Positions 63,024 to 64,000 of a stretch of DNA of 64,000 bases are shown here, piece by piece. Each line of letters begins with the position of its first letter. Position 1 is the first letter of the stretch. The DNA lies in assembly GCA_963662545.2 (NCBI GenBank), contig CAXXLL010000003.1, forward strand, positions 2,400,001 to 2,464,000, written 5' to 3'. This DNA is from Gammaproteobacteria bacterium. GTDB lineage: Bacteria > Pseudomonadota > Gammaproteobacteria > Ga0077536. The notes under the pieces were generated by a model. That model was not told where the DNA came from, did not search any database, and worked only from the letters and a program-made list of their open reading frames with translations. The position numbers and the translations under genes were made by a program.

Positions 63024-64000
63024 ATGCCGATACACAAGCTCAACCCGCGCAAAGTTACAACCGTAGGCCCCGGCAAGTATGAGGACGGCGGCGGGCTTCG
63101 CCTGGTGGTTGCCGGTTCGGGAGCGAAGAAATGGGTGCTGCGCTTCACCATCGACGGCAAGCGTCGGGAGATGGGCCTGGGCAGCTTCCCGGATGTAGGA
63201 TTGGCCGAAGCACGGGACCAAGCTGCGGCCTACCGGAAACAGGCCAAGGCCGGGGTTGATCCGATCGAGGCGCGGCAGACCGGGATCGAGACAGCGCCCA
63301 CCTTCACCACCTGCGCGGCCCGCTATATCCAGACCCATCGACGCGCCTGGAAGAACGCCAAACACGCCCGACAGTGGGTGCGCACGCTCAAGACCTACGC
63401 CCGGCCGGTGATGGGCTCGAAGCGGGTGGACATCATCGTTACGGAGGATGTTTTGAAAATCCTCAAACCCATCTGGACCACCAAGACCGAGACCGCCAAG
63501 CGGGTCCAGGGGCGGGTCGAAAACATCCTCGACTATGCGGCCGCGCATAAGTACCGCGATCCCTTGAACCCCGCCCGCTGGCGCGGCCATCTGGACAAAC
63601 TGTTACCGAAGCCGGCACGGGTGAAGCAGGTTACCCACCATCCGGCCATGCCCCACACCGAAGTCCCCGCCTTCATGGCGGAGTTGTCGGACAACAGCAG
63701 TGTTTCCGCGTTGGCGCTGCGGTTTCTGATCTTGACGGCCACCCGCACCAATGAGGTGCTACACGCGCAATGGCAAGAGGTTGACCGCGAGGCCGCTGTC
63801 TGGACCATCCCCGCCGACCGGATGAAGACCCGGCGCGAACACCGGGTGCCGTTGTCAGACGCGGCTATAGCGGTTCTGCAGGCGCTACCCTGCCTCGAAG
63901 GCAATCCCTATCTCTTTCCCGGTGCCCGGCATGGCCACCCTCTGTCGAACATGGCCCTGCTGCTGCTGATGCGCGGCATGGGGTACGGGGCCAGTGACGA
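63024..64000 (+). CDS. P4-like tyrosine integrase (arm-binding domain), runs off the window
   Basis: MPIHKL...YEDGGGLRL...KKWVLRFTIDGKRREMGLGSFPDVGLAEAR, LTATR.NE, MKTRREHRVPLS. Absent from the ORF track because there is no stop in the window. Confidence 0.93.
   Translation, partial: MPIHKLNPRKVTTVGPGKYEDGGGLRLVVAGSGAKKWVLRFTIDGKRREMGLGSFPDVGLAEARDQAAAYRKQAKAGVDPIEARQTGIETAPTFTTCAARYIQTHRRAWKNAKHARQWVRTLKTYARPVMGSKRVDIIVTEDVLKILKPIWTTKTETAKRVQGRVENILDYAAAHKYRDPLNPARWRGHLDKLLPKPARVKQVTHHPAMPHTEVPAFMAELSDNSSVSALALRFLILTATRTNEVLHAQWQEVDREAAVWTIPADRMKTRREHRVPLSDAAIAVLQALPCLEGNPYLFPGARHGHPLSNMALLLLMRGMGYGASD

Noticed and set aside
1-64000. CRISPR array
   Set aside because: No regularly spaced direct repeats with unique spacers were seen, and no cas genes.

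Overview
GC-rich bacterial chromosomal segment, most likely gammaproteobacterial (judged from gene content and GTAG-type REP elements). It is dense in catabolic and redox genes. In order: the 3' part of a TTQ amine dehydrogenase operon (mauB-E-D-A plus cytochrome c; the light chain looks like aromatic amine dehydrogenase), a three-gene 2-oxoacid oxidoreductase, cysD (with a long N-terminal extension)-cysNC-DUF2061, a tRNA-Arg(TCG), actP, a MetE-like enzyme, a hybrid kinase, an MFS transporter, a PEP-CTERM protein and a cobalamin riboswitch-btuB unit. Then an HU-like protein, a sirtuin, amidohydrolases, a DUF1800 gene broken by one in-frame stop next to DUF1501, a PhyH/cyclodeaminase/fahA operon, luciferase-like monooxygenases, a Rieske + atypical PQQ dehydrogenase pair and an XylM/XylA-like monooxygenase pair. 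The last ~11 kb is a mosaic of single accessory genes, gene remnants and hairpin repeats, ending in a palindromic tRNA-Ser-like att site and a P4-type integrase. The best candidate for an undescribed system is the coupled Tat-Rieske / PQQ dehydrogenase module, which has a lanthanide-type Asp but no vicinal disulfide. All family assignments come from motif recognition by eye, not database searches.
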